Positions 54,379 to 64,000 of a stretch of 64,000 bases of DNA are shown here, one piece after another. Below the pieces are notes generated by a model. The model saw only the letters and a program-made list of their open reading frames with translations, was not told where the DNA came from and did not search any database. Location of the stretch: assembly GCA_018394315.1 (NCBI GenBank), contig CP074575.1, positions 1,892,615 through 1,956,614 of the forward strand. Reading direction: 5' to 3'. The stretch is from Mycoplasmatota bacterium. Its GTDB lineage: Bacteria > Bacillota_I > Bacilli_A > MAG-NZ. Positions within the stretch are counted from its first letter, which is position 1. The number at the start of each line of letters is the position of its first letter. A program made the position numbers and the translations under genes.

Positions 54379-55668
54379 TTAAATACCTACTCTACTAAAA
54401 ATCGTATCTACACTTTTTAAATAATATTCTAAATCGAAACATGCTTTAAGTTCATCTTTAGATAAATACTTACTGACTTCACTTATTAACAACTCATCGA
54501 GAAATTGACTTTTATTTTCCATTGTTTTCATTGCGATTGGTTGAACCATATCATATGCTTCTTCTCTAGATAAATCTTTATTTATTAAAGCTGTCATTAC
54601 TCTTTGAGCAAAGATAACCCCATTTGTTTTATAAATATTATTTAACATATTTTCTTCATGGACAATAAGGTTTTTCACTACATTAGTAAATCTGCTCAAT
54701 GCATAATCTAACAAAACAGTTGCATCAGGAACAATTATTCTCTCTACACTTGAATGAGAAATATCTCTTTCATGCCACAAAGCAATGTTATCAAATGAGG
54801 CATTCATATAGCCTCTAATGACTCTAGCACATCCAGTTATATTTTCGCTGCTAATTGGATTTTTTTTATGTGGCATAGCACTTGAACCTTTTTGACCTTT
54901 ATCAAAGTACTCTTGTACTTCGTGGACTTCTGTTCTTTGCAGATGACGTAGTTCTACTGCCATTTTTTCTAATTCAGTTGCAATTAATGCTAATACACTC
55001 ATATAATTTGCATGTCTATCTCTTTGTAGAGTTTGAGTTGATATATTACTAGATTCAATTCCAAGTTGTTCACATACGTAATCTTGTACGAATACAGGAG
55101 TATTAGCAAAATTACCTACTGCTCCACTAATCTTACCAGCTTCAACATCTCTTCTAGCTAAATCTAATCTTGCTAGATTTCTCTTCATATCCTCATACCA
55201 AAGTGCAAATTTTAAACCAAAAGAAGTAATATCCGCATGAATCCCATGAGTTCTACCGATACATGGTGTGTTTTTATACTTGTTTGCCTGTTCTCTTAAT
55301 ACATCCATTAGTTTTACTAAATCATCTCTTAAAATGTCATTAGCTTGTTTATATATATATCCATTTGCTGTATCAACAACATCTGTACTAGTAAGACCAT
55401 AATGAACCCACTTCTTTTCACTTCCAAGAAATTCACTTACGCTTCTAGTAAAAGCAATAATATCATGTTTAGTCTTTTTCTCAATCTCATAAATTCTTTC
55501 AATACTAAAGTCCGCATTATCTTGTATCATCTTTAAATCATCAAGAGGTATTACACCTAGCTTGTTCCACGCTTCTAAAGTTAATATTTCAACTTTTAAA
55601 TAAGCCTCAAACTTTTTCTGTTCTGTCCAAATATCTTTCATTTCTTTTCTACTGTATCTTGTTATCAT
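54379..55668 (-). CDS. purB: Adenylosuccinate lyase
   Basis: [25 protein letters not shown]. Confidence 0.96.
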   Translation of the reverse strand: MITRYSRKEMKDIWTEQKKFEAYLKVEILTLEAWNKLGVIPLDDLKMIQDNADFSIERIYEIEKKTKHDIIAFTRSVSEFLGSEKKWVHYGLTSTDVVDTANGYIYKQANDILRDDLVKLMDVLREQANKYKNTPCIGRTHGIHADITSFGLKFALWYEDMKRNLARLDLARRDVEAGKISGAVGNFANTPVFVQDYVCEQLGIESSNISTQTLQRDRHANYMSVLALIATELEKMAVELRHLQRTEVHEVQEYFDKGQKGSSAMPHKKNPISSENITGCARVIRGYMNASFDNIALWHERDISHSSVERIIVPDATVLLDYALSRFTNVVKNLIVHEENMLNNIYKTNGVIFAQRVMTALINKDLSREEAYDMVQPIAMKTMENKSQFLDELLISEVSKYLSKDELKACFDLEYYLKSVDTIFSRVGI

Positions 55669-55677
55669 TTGTCCTCC

Positions 55678-57147
55678 TTACAAAATGAAATTATCATATT
55701 TCTCTCTAAATTCTTCTTCAAATCTTATAAATCTATCGACAATTTGAAAGTCGAAGTATTTACTAAAATAATCACGAATAGTTCTAACTGCCTCCATATG
55801 AGAAAACTCATCCTTATATAGTCTGTCCATTCTAAGTGCATCATATATATCAATAACCAAAACAATTTGACTATTAATATCTAAAGAAACGTGATCTTCA
55901 GAGAATAATTGTTTATCAAATGCCGTTTGGCAATGGTTTCTCACTAAGTCTTCTGAATATTGATTAATTCTTAATCTATGAATAATCTCTCTAGCAATAT
56001 GGGTTCTCTCCTTAATTTCTTCGTAATTATCTTGCGATAAAATCTTATTATACTTAAAATCCATCAATGTTAAATAATCTCTCTTATCTATGTGTACTTT
56101 AGCAAAATCAAATGTCTTATTGCATTCATCAATACTAAGTTTTAAAACTCCTGCTAACTTTCTAGATAATTGAGCACAACGATATGAATTAAATTTATCT
56201 TTATATAAATTTGCTCCATTAAATATCTCAACACTATCAAATGTATCATCAACTACTTTTAGAAAGTCCTTTTCTAAAGCTCTCCTTGAAGCCAGCTCTT
56301 TTTTTCTTTCATCATGCATTTTCGCCGCGATTTTCACATTGAAATTTAGTGCTAGTAAAAACAACGTTAATACAATGGTCCTTATTAGTATGTCCCTAAA
56401 TTCAACAGTTTCAGAATAATTAATTAAATCTGCAACATCTTCAAGCTTTTCATAGGTGGGATATATGACAACAAAATTAATTATAGTGTAAATAAACAAT
56501 GTTAAATATGAAATATGCTTCATTAATTTCCTACTTTGATAAAATGCAGTTATCGTCAGAGAAAAGAATATTAATCCATAAGATACATCTGAAATACTAT
56601 TATAAATTAGTGCTGTATCTAAATTATTTTTCAAAGCATTGACTGCATCTATTCTAAGATTTATAAACATCGCAATAGCAATTGTTATTGTATTGATACT
56701 AACTAAATACATTGCTGTCTTCTGTTGAATTTCATTTGTTGGATCCGAATAAATTAAACTTTTAAGCATTTGGTTTATTCCAAAAGTAAATAAGAATATT
56801 AAAATTGATACAACTATGATTTTATAATCTCTAGTGAGTAAAAACAGTGAAAAGAGAATGTTTGTGATAAAAACAATTCTCTTGATTATCCTATTCTTAC
56901 GGTAAAGAACTTCAGCCTCGTCCAAAATATCTACACCAGCTTCTAAGTCGAACATCGTAAGCAATCTCTTTAATGTTAAGGGCTCTCTTTTTGGTTTCTT
57001 CTCAGAATATAACTTTTTAGTTGATCTCTTCTTAATAACCGAAAGTTTCTTTGAAACGCCCTTAAAAATAGAATCTTTTTCAGGATTATATTTATTATTA
57101 TTAGTTTTCTTTAAATATTCATCAATTCCTAAATCATCCCTACTCAT
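55678..57147 (-). CDS. Membrane protein with a degenerate C-terminal HD-GYP-like domain
   Basis: 5-6 TM segments, coiled coil, then IVLVIDIYDALRMDRLYK...FDFQIVDRF resembling the HD-GYP C-terminus. Confidence 0.6.
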   Translation of the reverse strand: MSRDDLGIDEYLKKTNNNKYNPEKDSIFKGVSKKLSVIKKRSTKKLYSEKKPKREPLTLKRLLTMFDLEAGVDILDEAEVLYRKNRIIKRIVFITNILFSLFLLTRDYKIIVVSILIFLFTFGINQMLKSLIYSDPTNEIQQKTAMYLVSINTITIAIAMFINLRIDAVNALKNNLDTALIYNSISDVSYGLIFFSLTITAFYQSRKLMKHISYLTLFIYTIINFVVIYPTYEKLEDVADLINYSETVEFRDILIRTIVLTLFLLALNFNVKIAAKMHDERKKELASRRALEKDFLKVVDDTFDSVEIFNGANLYKDKFNSYRCAQLSRKLAGVLKLSIDECNKTFDFAKVHIDKRDYLTLMDFKYNKILSQDNYEEIKERTHIAREIIHRLRINQYSEDLVRNHCQTAFDKQLFSEDHVSLDINSQIVLVIDIYDALRMDRLYKDEFSHMEAVRTIRDYFSKYFDFQIVDRFIRFEEEFREKYDNFIL

Positions 57148-57157
57148 ATGCTAACCT

Positions 57158-57715
57158 CTAAAACAATTTCTCTTGTGTTACAGATAAATCTTTATGAGCT
57201 GCTTCCTCCATTGACATTTGAGCAACTCTAGTTGATGCAGCAGCAGCGATGGCACCAACAATATCATCTAACATGGTGTGGCATACTCTATTTTCCCCAG
57301 AACCGTGATCATTTAGTTCCTTAATAATTCCAGGTTTATTCACATCGATATCTCCAAAATTTGTTTGACCAATTACACCAAACAAACCAGCTACAGCTAA
57401 ACCGAGAATTTCATCAATACCAAAAACACCTAGATCATGTGCTAAAATGTTCTGGATAGGTCCCTCAAATTTTTCCTCTTCTGTTAAACGGTCAATCTCA
57501 GCTCCAAGTAATAATATATGGAATACATCTCTTAGGGACAAAATTTTTAACACGCTATCTTCACAGTCTTCAAAGTTGATAGTATCAGAATACTTAGATT
57601 GTTGATCAAATGCAATTTTTGCTATTTCTCGATAATCTACGCCACGCTTCTTCAAAATTCGTAAATTTTCTTCTAACATCTCTTGTCTAGAATATAATAA
57701 TTTAGACTTTGACAT
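57158..57715 (-). CDS. Phosphatidylglycerophosphatase A (YutG/PgpA family)
   Basis: GVFGIDEIL, IGQTNFG, KPGII, HTMLDDIVGAIAAAA. Confidence 0.85.
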   Translation of the reverse strand: MSKSKLLYSRQEMLEENLRILKKRGVDYREIAKIAFDQQSKYSDTINFEDCEDSVLKILSLRDVFHILLLGAEIDRLTEEEKFEGPIQNILAHDLGVFGIDEILGLAVAGLFGVIGQTNFGDIDVNKPGIIKELNDHGSGENRVCHTMLDDIVGAIAAAASTRVAQMSMEEAAHKDLSVTQEKLF

Positions 57716-57806
57716 ATTACCACACCTTTCGATATAATTATAGCATAAAATTAAATTACAAAAACTACTATAATCTCATTTGTAGTAGAATAATAGGAGG
57801 AAATTT

Positions 57807-58553
57807 ATGATTTTAGATTTTTTTCGGGAAGTTCCCAACCCTACAAAATCAGTACAAATGTTCACTCCACTTTACTTCTTCCTAATTACCTTACTAATTT
57901 TATCAATTATTATATTAGTAAAATATGCGAAAAAAATTAAAGAAAGTAAATATGAAGAATTTATTCGTTATATCATATTTATAATAATGTTTACCGCAGA
58001 ATTCTACTTTATATTCTTTTCATGGATAAAAGGAGAGTGGTCATTCCCACTACACTTGTGTGGATTGTGTGTTATAATGACACTTATTCTATTAATTACA
58101 AAGAGCTATAATGTTTTTGAGACCGTCTTCTTTATCGGTATCTCAGGAGGTATCGTTGCATTCATTATTCCTGATAACGGTGGATATGGATTCGACAATA
58201 TTAGATTTTACGCATTCTTCTTTAATCGATTACTAATTATATTAGTACCTTTATACTTCAAAATCGGGTATGATTTTGTTATTAGAAAAGATACTCTTAT
58301 AAAGACATCACTATTTGTTATCATTGCATGGTTAATAAACTTTGCGATTAATACATTCCTAAGATCACTAACTACACTTAAGGCAAACTATATGTTTACG
58401 CATGAGTTACCAAAATCTTTAGTTGGATTTTTTCCAGAATTCCCATGGTATATCTTTATCTTTGGTATGATTACATTCTTGATGTTTTTATCAATTTATT
58501 TAGCAACAGGTGAAAAAGTTCCATTTGCAAAAAAAATCGAGTCAAATCAATGA
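57807..58553 (+). CDS. YwaF/TIGR02206-like integral membrane protein
   Basis: FPLHLCG, ANYMF, PWY motifs; 7-8 TM segments. Confidence 0.78.
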   Translation: MILDFFREVPNPTKSVQMFTPLYFFLITLLILSIIILVKYAKKIKESKYEEFIRYIIFIIMFTAEFYFIFFSWIKGEWSFPLHLCGLCVIMTLILLITKSYNVFETVFFIGISGGIVAFIIPDNGGYGFDNIRFYAFFFNRLLIILVPLYFKIGYDFVIRKDTLIKTSLFVIIAWLINFAINTFLRSLTTLKANYMFTHELPKSLVGFFPEFPWYIFIFGMITFLMFLSIYLATGEKVPFAKKIESNQ

Positions 58554-58564
58554 CTCTTTTTTTA

Positions 58565-59542
58565 TTAATTATACTGGTTGAAATCTAAAGCTATAAATGG
58601 GGAATCGCTCAAGATATTTTCCTCATGCAATTTTATATATCTATCTGCCCAATCAGGTAGATTGTTTATATCAAAACTTCTATGAATCACAATGTAAAGA
58701 ATGATTCTCCTAAATTTCAAAAAAAGGTTAAGTTTCGAAAACCAAGAATCATCAAGTTTATTAACTTGATTATATCCTTTCATGAAATGTTTCATAACAA
58801 AATCAGCTCTTTCTAAATCATCTGGGTTAAACCAAATAGAATAAAATAAAACGATTGCAATATCCGAAATGAACCATTTATATGCTGAATCATCAAAGTC
58901 AAAAACCTCAAACTCTAACTCGTCATTAATGAAAAAATTCCCCATATGCATATCAGTGTGAATTAATCCATAACTTTCTTTATCCTTAGGTAATTCATGT
59001 AGCTCATTCAATAATTCATTAAATATACTGCACACTTTAGAATTTTCCGGAAGATAGCTACAAGCATCTTTGATTAACACATCTTCGTACCATTCGATTC
59101 TTCTATTCTTAGGAATAAATCTCTTTGTAATTTTATGCATTTCAGCTAAAACTCTACCGTATTCGGTAAAAAACTCTTTCGTAGCATCTTCTCTTCTAGG
59201 TGCTCTACCTTTAGCAAACTTAAAGGCTGTAGCTAAAAATGTTGGTTCTTTTTCACCTAGCATTTCTACTAAATTCCCTTTTTCTGATTTTATAGGTGTT
59301 ACTACTTTCGCATTATTATCTTTTAAAAATTGAATGAATTCTAATTCTGCATTTAAATCATATAAATTGTGATGATCGCTATGTGAAATTCTTAAGATAA
59401 ACTTATTTTCATTTTTCTTGAATGAATATATTAAATTTTCAAACCCGCCAACTTCTTCTAACGTAGTCATATCAAATCCATAAATCGTACTTGCTTTTTC
59501 TAAGTATGAGTTGTTGAAACTATTCTTAATATGCTTTTCCAT
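58565..59542 (-). CDS. Aminoglycoside/homoserine-kinase-like phosphotransferase (YerI-like)
   Basis: ILRIS, YGLIHTDMHMGNF, FDFDD. Confidence 0.85.
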   Translation of the reverse strand: MEKHIKNSFNNSYLEKASTIYGFDMTTLEEVGGFENLIYSFKKNENKFILRISHSDHHNLYDLNAELEFIQFLKDNNAKVVTPIKSEKGNLVEMLGEKEPTFLATAFKFAKGRAPRREDATKEFFTEYGRVLAEMHKITKRFIPKNRRIEWYEDVLIKDACSYLPENSKVCSIFNELLNELHELPKDKESYGLIHTDMHMGNFFINDELEFEVFDFDDSAYKWFISDIAIVLFYSIWFNPDDLERADFVMKHFMKGYNQVNKLDDSWFSKLNLFLKFRRIILYIVIHRSFDINNLPDWADRYIKLHEENILSDSPFIALDFNQYN

Positions 59543-59551
59543 AATCTTCTC

Positions 59552-60472
59552 CTAACTAAAAATATCTCCCGAATAAAATACTTTATTTCCATTAATAAAG
59601 TCACTTATTTTAATCCTTTTCTTACCTTGAATTTGAATCTCTTTAAGTAAGTACCCACCATCAGATGTTCTAACTAAAATTCCATCCTTATCAATATTGA
59701 TTATCTCTCCTGGAGTTCCACTTCTACAATTTATAATTTCTCCTGGATAAATCTTTATAATTAGATTATTTAGTTTTGTAAAGGTTCCGGGCCATGAATC
59801 AAATCCCCTAATATGATTATGTATTTCTTGTGATGTTAAATTCCAGTTTATCTTTTCTTCATCTCTTGTAATGTTGTAAGCATATGTCACTTTAGACTCA
59901 TCCTGTGATAATGGAGTAATTTTTCCATTAACTAAGTCTAAAATAGTACTAATAATGAGCTTTGCTCCTACCTTGCTTAATTTATCATGCATGGAAGCAC
60001 AAGTATCATTTTCCTCTATTTTTACCTTAATTTGACTTAGTATATCTCCAGCATCCATTTTTCTAACCATATACATTATAGTAACTCCTGTATATTCTTC
60101 TCCGGTTGTGATTGCACGGTGAATTGGAGAACCTCCCCTAAATTTAGGTAAAAGAGATGCATGTACATTAATTGATCCATATTTAGGATAATTCAAGACT
60201 TCTTCAGGTATGAATTGCCCATATGCTGCGGTAACTATTAGATCTGGCTTTTCATTTAAGATTGTTTGATAATCATCTTTAATTTTTACTGGTTGAAACA
60301 CCTTTAAATTATTTTCAATGGCTAATTCTTTAATTGGTGAAAATCTTATTTCTCTCTTTCTACCAACTTTTTTATCGGGTTGTGTTACAACCAAATTTAC
60401 ATTAAAGTTATCTATCAATTTTTGCAAGATGTCTACACTAAAATCTGGTGTACCCATAAATACTATTTTCAT
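59552..60472 (-). CDS. fmt: Methionyl-tRNA formyltransferase
   Basis: MKIVFMGTPDF, NVHASLLP, MDAGDI. Confidence 0.97.
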   Translation of the reverse strand: MKIVFMGTPDFSVDILQKLIDNFNVNLVVTQPDKKVGRKREIRFSPIKELAIENNLKVFQPVKIKDDYQTILNEKPDLIVTAAYGQFIPEEVLNYPKYGSINVHASLLPKFRGGSPIHRAITTGEEYTGVTIMYMVRKMDAGDILSQIKVKIEENDTCASMHDKLSKVGAKLIISTILDLVNGKITPLSQDESKVTYAYNITRDEEKINWNLTSQEIHNHIRGFDSWPGTFTKLNNLIIKIYPGEIINCRSGTPGEIINIDKDGILVRTSDGGYLLKEIQIQGKKRIKISDFINGNKVFYSGDIFS

Positions 60473-60483
60473 ATTAAACTCCT

Positions 60484-62778
60484 TTATCCGATGAAATTAG
60501 GATATCTATCAATAGATATTAATATATCATCTCTTTGATAATTACTTATTTCTGAAAGAACTTTACCTAGATTAGGTTCAATTTTATATTTAATTATTAC
60601 TTGTATTCTATATCTGTTTTTTAATTTAGAAATATAAGGTGCAACAGGGCCTAATACCTTAGAACTAGGTGTCAGTCTTTTCTTAAGTAGTGATGCAATT
60701 TTACTAGCCTCAGTCATCGCAAGTCGTTCATCTTTACTAGTGACCCTGATTGTTTCAATATAATAATAAGGAACATACCCAGCAATTTTCCTTGAATACA
60801 TTTCTTTCATATAAAATTCAAGATAATCATTTGTAACTGAACTAATCGCGTAATGTTCAGGATTATAGGTTTGAAGAATCACTTCCCCTTGTACACTTCT
60901 TCTTCCTGCTCTTCCTGCAACTTGAGTTAATAGTTGATATGTTCTCTCACTTGCTCTAAAGTCAGAAATATTTAGTGTTAAATCACAAGCAATAACTCCT
61001 ACAAGTGTAACATTTTCAAAGTCTAAACCCTTTGCTATCATCTGAGTCCCTAGTAATATATCTGCCTTCTTATCAGCAAAAGCATCTAAAATACTCTTGT
61101 GGGCATTTTTCCTTGAAGTGGTATCTTGATCCATCCTTAAGACTCTAATATTTGGAATTAACCTTTTTAGTTCCTCTTCTGCACTTTCAGTACCAATTCC
61201 TATAAAATCTATATCCTTACTTTCACAATTTGAACATTTCTTTGGTTTAAGTTTAGTATATCCGCAGTAGTGACATACCATTTTATTGCCGTATTTGTGA
61301 TAAGTGAGAGATATATCACAATGAGGGCACTTCTCTACTTCTCCACAATCTTTACACAAAACAAAATTTGAATAACCTCTTCTATTCAACAACAGAATAA
61401 CTTGTTCATCTTTTTTGACCCTGTTTATAATTTCTTTTATAAGAATATTAGATAATAATCTATCTTCATTTTTCATATCTATAATATTGATTTTAGGCAT
61501 TTTAGCATTTAATGCTCTATTCTTTAGTTCGAGTAATTTATAAACTCCTTTTTTAGCCCTTGCATAACTTTCTAGTGAAGGGGTAGCACTACCTAATATT
61601 AACGGACACTTATAATACTTAGTTCTTAGTTTTGCAACCTCTCTAGCATGATATCTAGGCATATCCTCTTGCTTATAAGTAGATTCATGTTCTTCATCTA
61701 TTACAATAACACCAATATTTCCTAAAGGTGCAAATATAGCACTTCTAGCTCCAATTACGCATTTAACTTCTTTTCTAATTATCTTACGCCACTCATCATA
61801 TCGTTCACCTATGCTTAATCCACTATGCAATATAGCTACATTATCTTTTAGTCGCGCTTTAAATCTATCTATCACTTGATAAGTTAATGCGATTTCTGGT
61901 ACCAGTAATATGGCTTCTTTTCCATTTTGGATGGTTCTTTCAATAATTTCTAAATAAACTTCTGTCTTTCCACTTCCAGTTACACCATGAAGTAAGAAGA
62001 TATTATCACCTTTGACTTGATTAATAACTTCAAGTTGTTCATCACTTAATTCAATAATCTTATCTTTGTACTCTTTCTTCTCGTTACGGTAAACTTCTTC
62101 TTTATACTCAGAAACAATCCCCTTCTTAATCAAAGCATTTACTGCACTTAAACCAGCAAATTCAACTACATCTCTTTTCCTTATATTTTTACTTTTCAAG
62201 ATGTAATCATAAGCGAGTAATTGCTTGTACGCTTTCTTAGGTAAATCAATAAATTTTTCTAGTCTTAAATATGTCTCAAATTGAATCGATGCCTTCTCCT
62301 TAATATCATAAAAAAGTTCAACTGCACCAGTTTTAATTGCCTTCTTCACTTCCTTTAAATTTTCTAAAGATAATTCATCTAAGTAAATTCTATCCTTTTT
62401 GAATATGTTCAAAAGTGTTTCCGGTAATGCTTTTTTTTGTATAATATACTTCCTATATTTAGCTTTTATCGCCACAGGCAACATAGTCTTAAAAGTAGAA
62501 ATGTATGTGCTTGCCGTTTCATTCGCTAATTTAATTCCTAAAGACAATAATTCTTCACTCAAACTAGGAATAACATCAAAACAATCATTAATCTCCTTTA
62601 ACTCCTTATCGTCACCTTCAATTATATCAATAACAAATCCCATCAATGTTCGCGCACCAAAAGGTACGATAACTCGCATTCCCTTTTCTACTACTTCGAT
62701 TAAGCGACTAGGAATCAAATAATCAAATGGTCGATTAAGTTGTTTGTTGTTTACATCAACTATAACCTTCGCTATCAT
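60484..62778 (-). CDS. priA: Primosomal protein N'
   Basis: GVTGSGKTEVY, DEEH, Cys-rich zinc region, QVAGRAGR. Confidence 0.97.
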   Translation of the reverse strand: MIAKVIVDVNNKQLNRPFDYLIPSRLIEVVEKGMRVIVPFGARTLMGFVIDIIEGDDKELKEINDCFDVIPSLSEELLSLGIKLANETASTYISTFKTMLPVAIKAKYRKYIIQKKALPETLLNIFKKDRIYLDELSLENLKEVKKAIKTGAVELFYDIKEKASIQFETYLRLEKFIDLPKKAYKQLLAYDYILKSKNIRKRDVVEFAGLSAVNALIKKGIVSEYKEEVYRNEKKEYKDKIIELSDEQLEVINQVKGDNIFLLHGVTGSGKTEVYLEIIERTIQNGKEAILLVPEIALTYQVIDRFKARLKDNVAILHSGLSIGERYDEWRKIIRKEVKCVIGARSAIFAPLGNIGVIVIDEEHESTYKQEDMPRYHAREVAKLRTKYYKCPLILGSATPSLESYARAKKGVYKLLELKNRALNAKMPKINIIDMKNEDRLLSNILIKEIINRVKKDEQVILLLNRRGYSNFVLCKDCGEVEKCPHCDISLTYHKYGNKMVCHYCGYTKLKPKKCSNCESKDIDFIGIGTESAEEELKRLIPNIRVLRMDQDTTSRKNAHKSILDAFADKKADILLGTQMIAKGLDFENVTLVGVIACDLTLNISDFRASERTYQLLTQVAGRAGRRSVQGEVILQTYNPEHYAISSVTNDYLEFYMKEMYSRKIAGYVPYYYIETIRVTSKDERLAMTEASKIASLLKKRLTPSSKVLGPVAPYISKLKNRYRIQVIIKYKIEPNLGKVLSEISNYQRDDILISIDRYPNFIG

Positions 62779-62789
62779 TTTTTACCTCA

Positions 62790-62827
62790 TAAAAGAAACA
62801 CTTAATTAATTATTAAGTGTTTCTTTT
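62790..62827 (-). terminator. Terminator after rpoZ
   Basis: AAAAGAAACACTTAAT...ATTAAGTGTTTCTTTT. Confidence 0.7.
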
Positions 62828-63054
62828 TAGTCTATATCAGTTTCAGTTACTTTTACTTCACCCTCGCGAATTTCTTCTAATGCTCTACCAACCGACTTAT
62901 AACACTCAGTTACAATCAACGTATGGTCCGTTTCGCTAATTTCCTTTGCACGTTTTGCCGAAGCAATAGCTAATTTATATTTTGAATCCACCACATCTAG
63001 TAATTTATCAATCGATGGATATCTCATACCATATTTTTTAGCTCTATTTTCCAT
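62827..63054 (-). CDS. rpoZ: RNA polymerase omega subunit
   Basis: YPSIDKLL...SKYKLAIASAKRA...ALEEI; follows gmk. Confidence 0.93.
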   Translation of the reverse strand: MENRAKKYGMRYPSIDKLLDVVDSKYKLAIASAKRAKEISETDHTLIVTECYKSVGRALEEIREGEVKVTETDID

Positions 63055-63673
63055 TTTCTTCCTCCAAAATCTCTAAATAAGAATGAATACTTCTTTCTGT
63101 TTTAGCGTGCTCAGCACGGATAATCGCATAAATCCTATCAGCTGCATTATTAATTTCATCATTAACAACTATATAATCATATTTGTGTGCAAGTCTAAAC
63201 TCATTATCTGCTTTTGCGATTCTCTTTTCAACCTGGTAACTACTTTCAGTACCTCTCCTAATTAATCTATCATACAACGCTTGTTTTGTTGGTGGAACTA
63301 AGAATATCAAAATTGCATCATGCACTTTCTTCCTAACTTGAAGGGCTCCTGCAGTTTCTATTTCCAAGATGACCTCTAAACCTTCATTAAGTTTCTCTTC
63401 AACCTTATCGATTGGAGTTCCATAATAATTACCAACAAACTCAGCATACTCCAAGAACATATCATCTTTTATTCTTTGTTCAAATTCCTCTCTCGAGACA
63501 AAATAATAATCCACACCATCAATTTCGCCTTCTCTAGGTTTTCTTGTAGTCATTGAAACTGAATACGAGAACATTTGATTGTCCAACTCGAATAATGCTT
63601 TTCTTACAGTACCCTTTCCAACACCAGACGGTCCTGATACAACTACTAACATACCTTTTTTGTTCAGTTTCAT
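63044..63673 (-). CDS. gmk: Guanylate kinase
   Basis: SGPSGVGKGT, TTRKPREGE, NYYGT. Confidence 0.97.
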   Translation of the reverse strand: MKLNKKGMLVVVSGPSGVGKGTVRKALFELDNQMFSYSVSMTTRKPREGEIDGVDYYFVSREEFEQRIKDDMFLEYAEFVGNYYGTPIDKVEEKLNEGLEVILEIETAGALQVRKKVHDAILIFLVPPTKQALYDRLIRRGTESSYQVEKRIAKADNEFRLAHKYDYIVVNDEINNAADRIYAIIRAEHAKTERSIHSYLEILEEENGK

Positions 63674-63820
63674 ATCTTATCTCCTACATCAAGTCTATAC
63701 TTATTTCACAATTATATGAACTATTACTATACATTATAACTTAACTATAGTAAATTAGTAAAGGATTTATTATACTAAAGAAGGATAATTTATTTAAGTA
63801 TTCATAAAAGGAATGATAGA

Positions 63821-64000
63821 ATGGCTTTTGACGGATTATTGATTAGAAATTTAATTAACGAACTAAAATTTCTAGAAACAGGAAGAATCTCAAAAATACA
63901 ACAAATATCTAAGCTTGAAATACTACTAACTATTCGAGCTAAATCAAGCAATCATAAATTGCTTATTTCGTGTTCAAGCGATTACGCAAGAATGCATATT
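63821..64000 (+). CDS. rqcH: NFACT/RqcH (FbpA) ribosome quality control protein, 5' part, truncated by the window end
   Basis: MAFDGLLIRNLINELKFLETGRISKIQQ...LLISCSSDYARMH; not in the ORF track. Confidence 0.8.
   Translation, partial: MAFDGLLIRNLINELKFLETGRISKIQQISKLEILLTIRAKSSNHKLLISCSSDYARMHI

Overview
This is an AT-rich, gene-dense bacterial chromosomal segment in genetic code 11: TGA ends genes such as dxr, and Trp is TGG. The 16S 3' end (GGTATCCCTACGGGAACGTGGGGATGGATCACCTCC), the short 5S rRNA and the Bacillus-like gene order point to a basal Mollicutes/Bacilli-grade organism, Izemoplasmatales/Haloplasmatales-like (inference). Most genes are on the minus strand. Core content: a complete rrn operon (16S, tRNA-Ile, tRNA-Ala, 23S, 5S, tRNA-Asn, tRNA-Glu); rpsB-tsf-pyrH-frr-uppS-cdsA-dxr-rseP-proS; trmFO-xerC-dut; a Thr T-box ahead of a MazG-like gene and thrS; polA-mutM-radical SAM-coaE-dnaB-dnaI; ftsY-ylxM-ffh; leuS; ytqA/ytqB; purB; gmk-rpoZ-priA-fmt; and the start of rqcH. 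Accessory genes lie downstream of the tRNAs (about 0-9 kb) and at 39.5-45 kb. Best leads: (1) an AhpD-like gene missed by the ORF track, with an in-frame TGA at a CxxC-equivalent position (CxxU, candidate selenoprotein), next to cysK-cysE; (2) peptidoglycan/sporulation-type genes (multi-LysM protein, M15 D,D-carboxypeptidase, modular Tyr/Pro/Gly-rich coat-like protein) with sporulation-sigma-like promoters; (3) a long, hairpin-dense insert in the rRNA spacer; (4) a MazG-like gene under Thr T-box control; (5) a Cas4-like Fe-S nuclease fused to a DEDD exonuclease (DUF2779-type); (6) a duplicated tRNA-Glu terminator suggesting an insertion scar. No CRISPR array, transposase or prophage was seen. 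The ORF track labels 39510..40151 as minus, but it reads on the plus strand.
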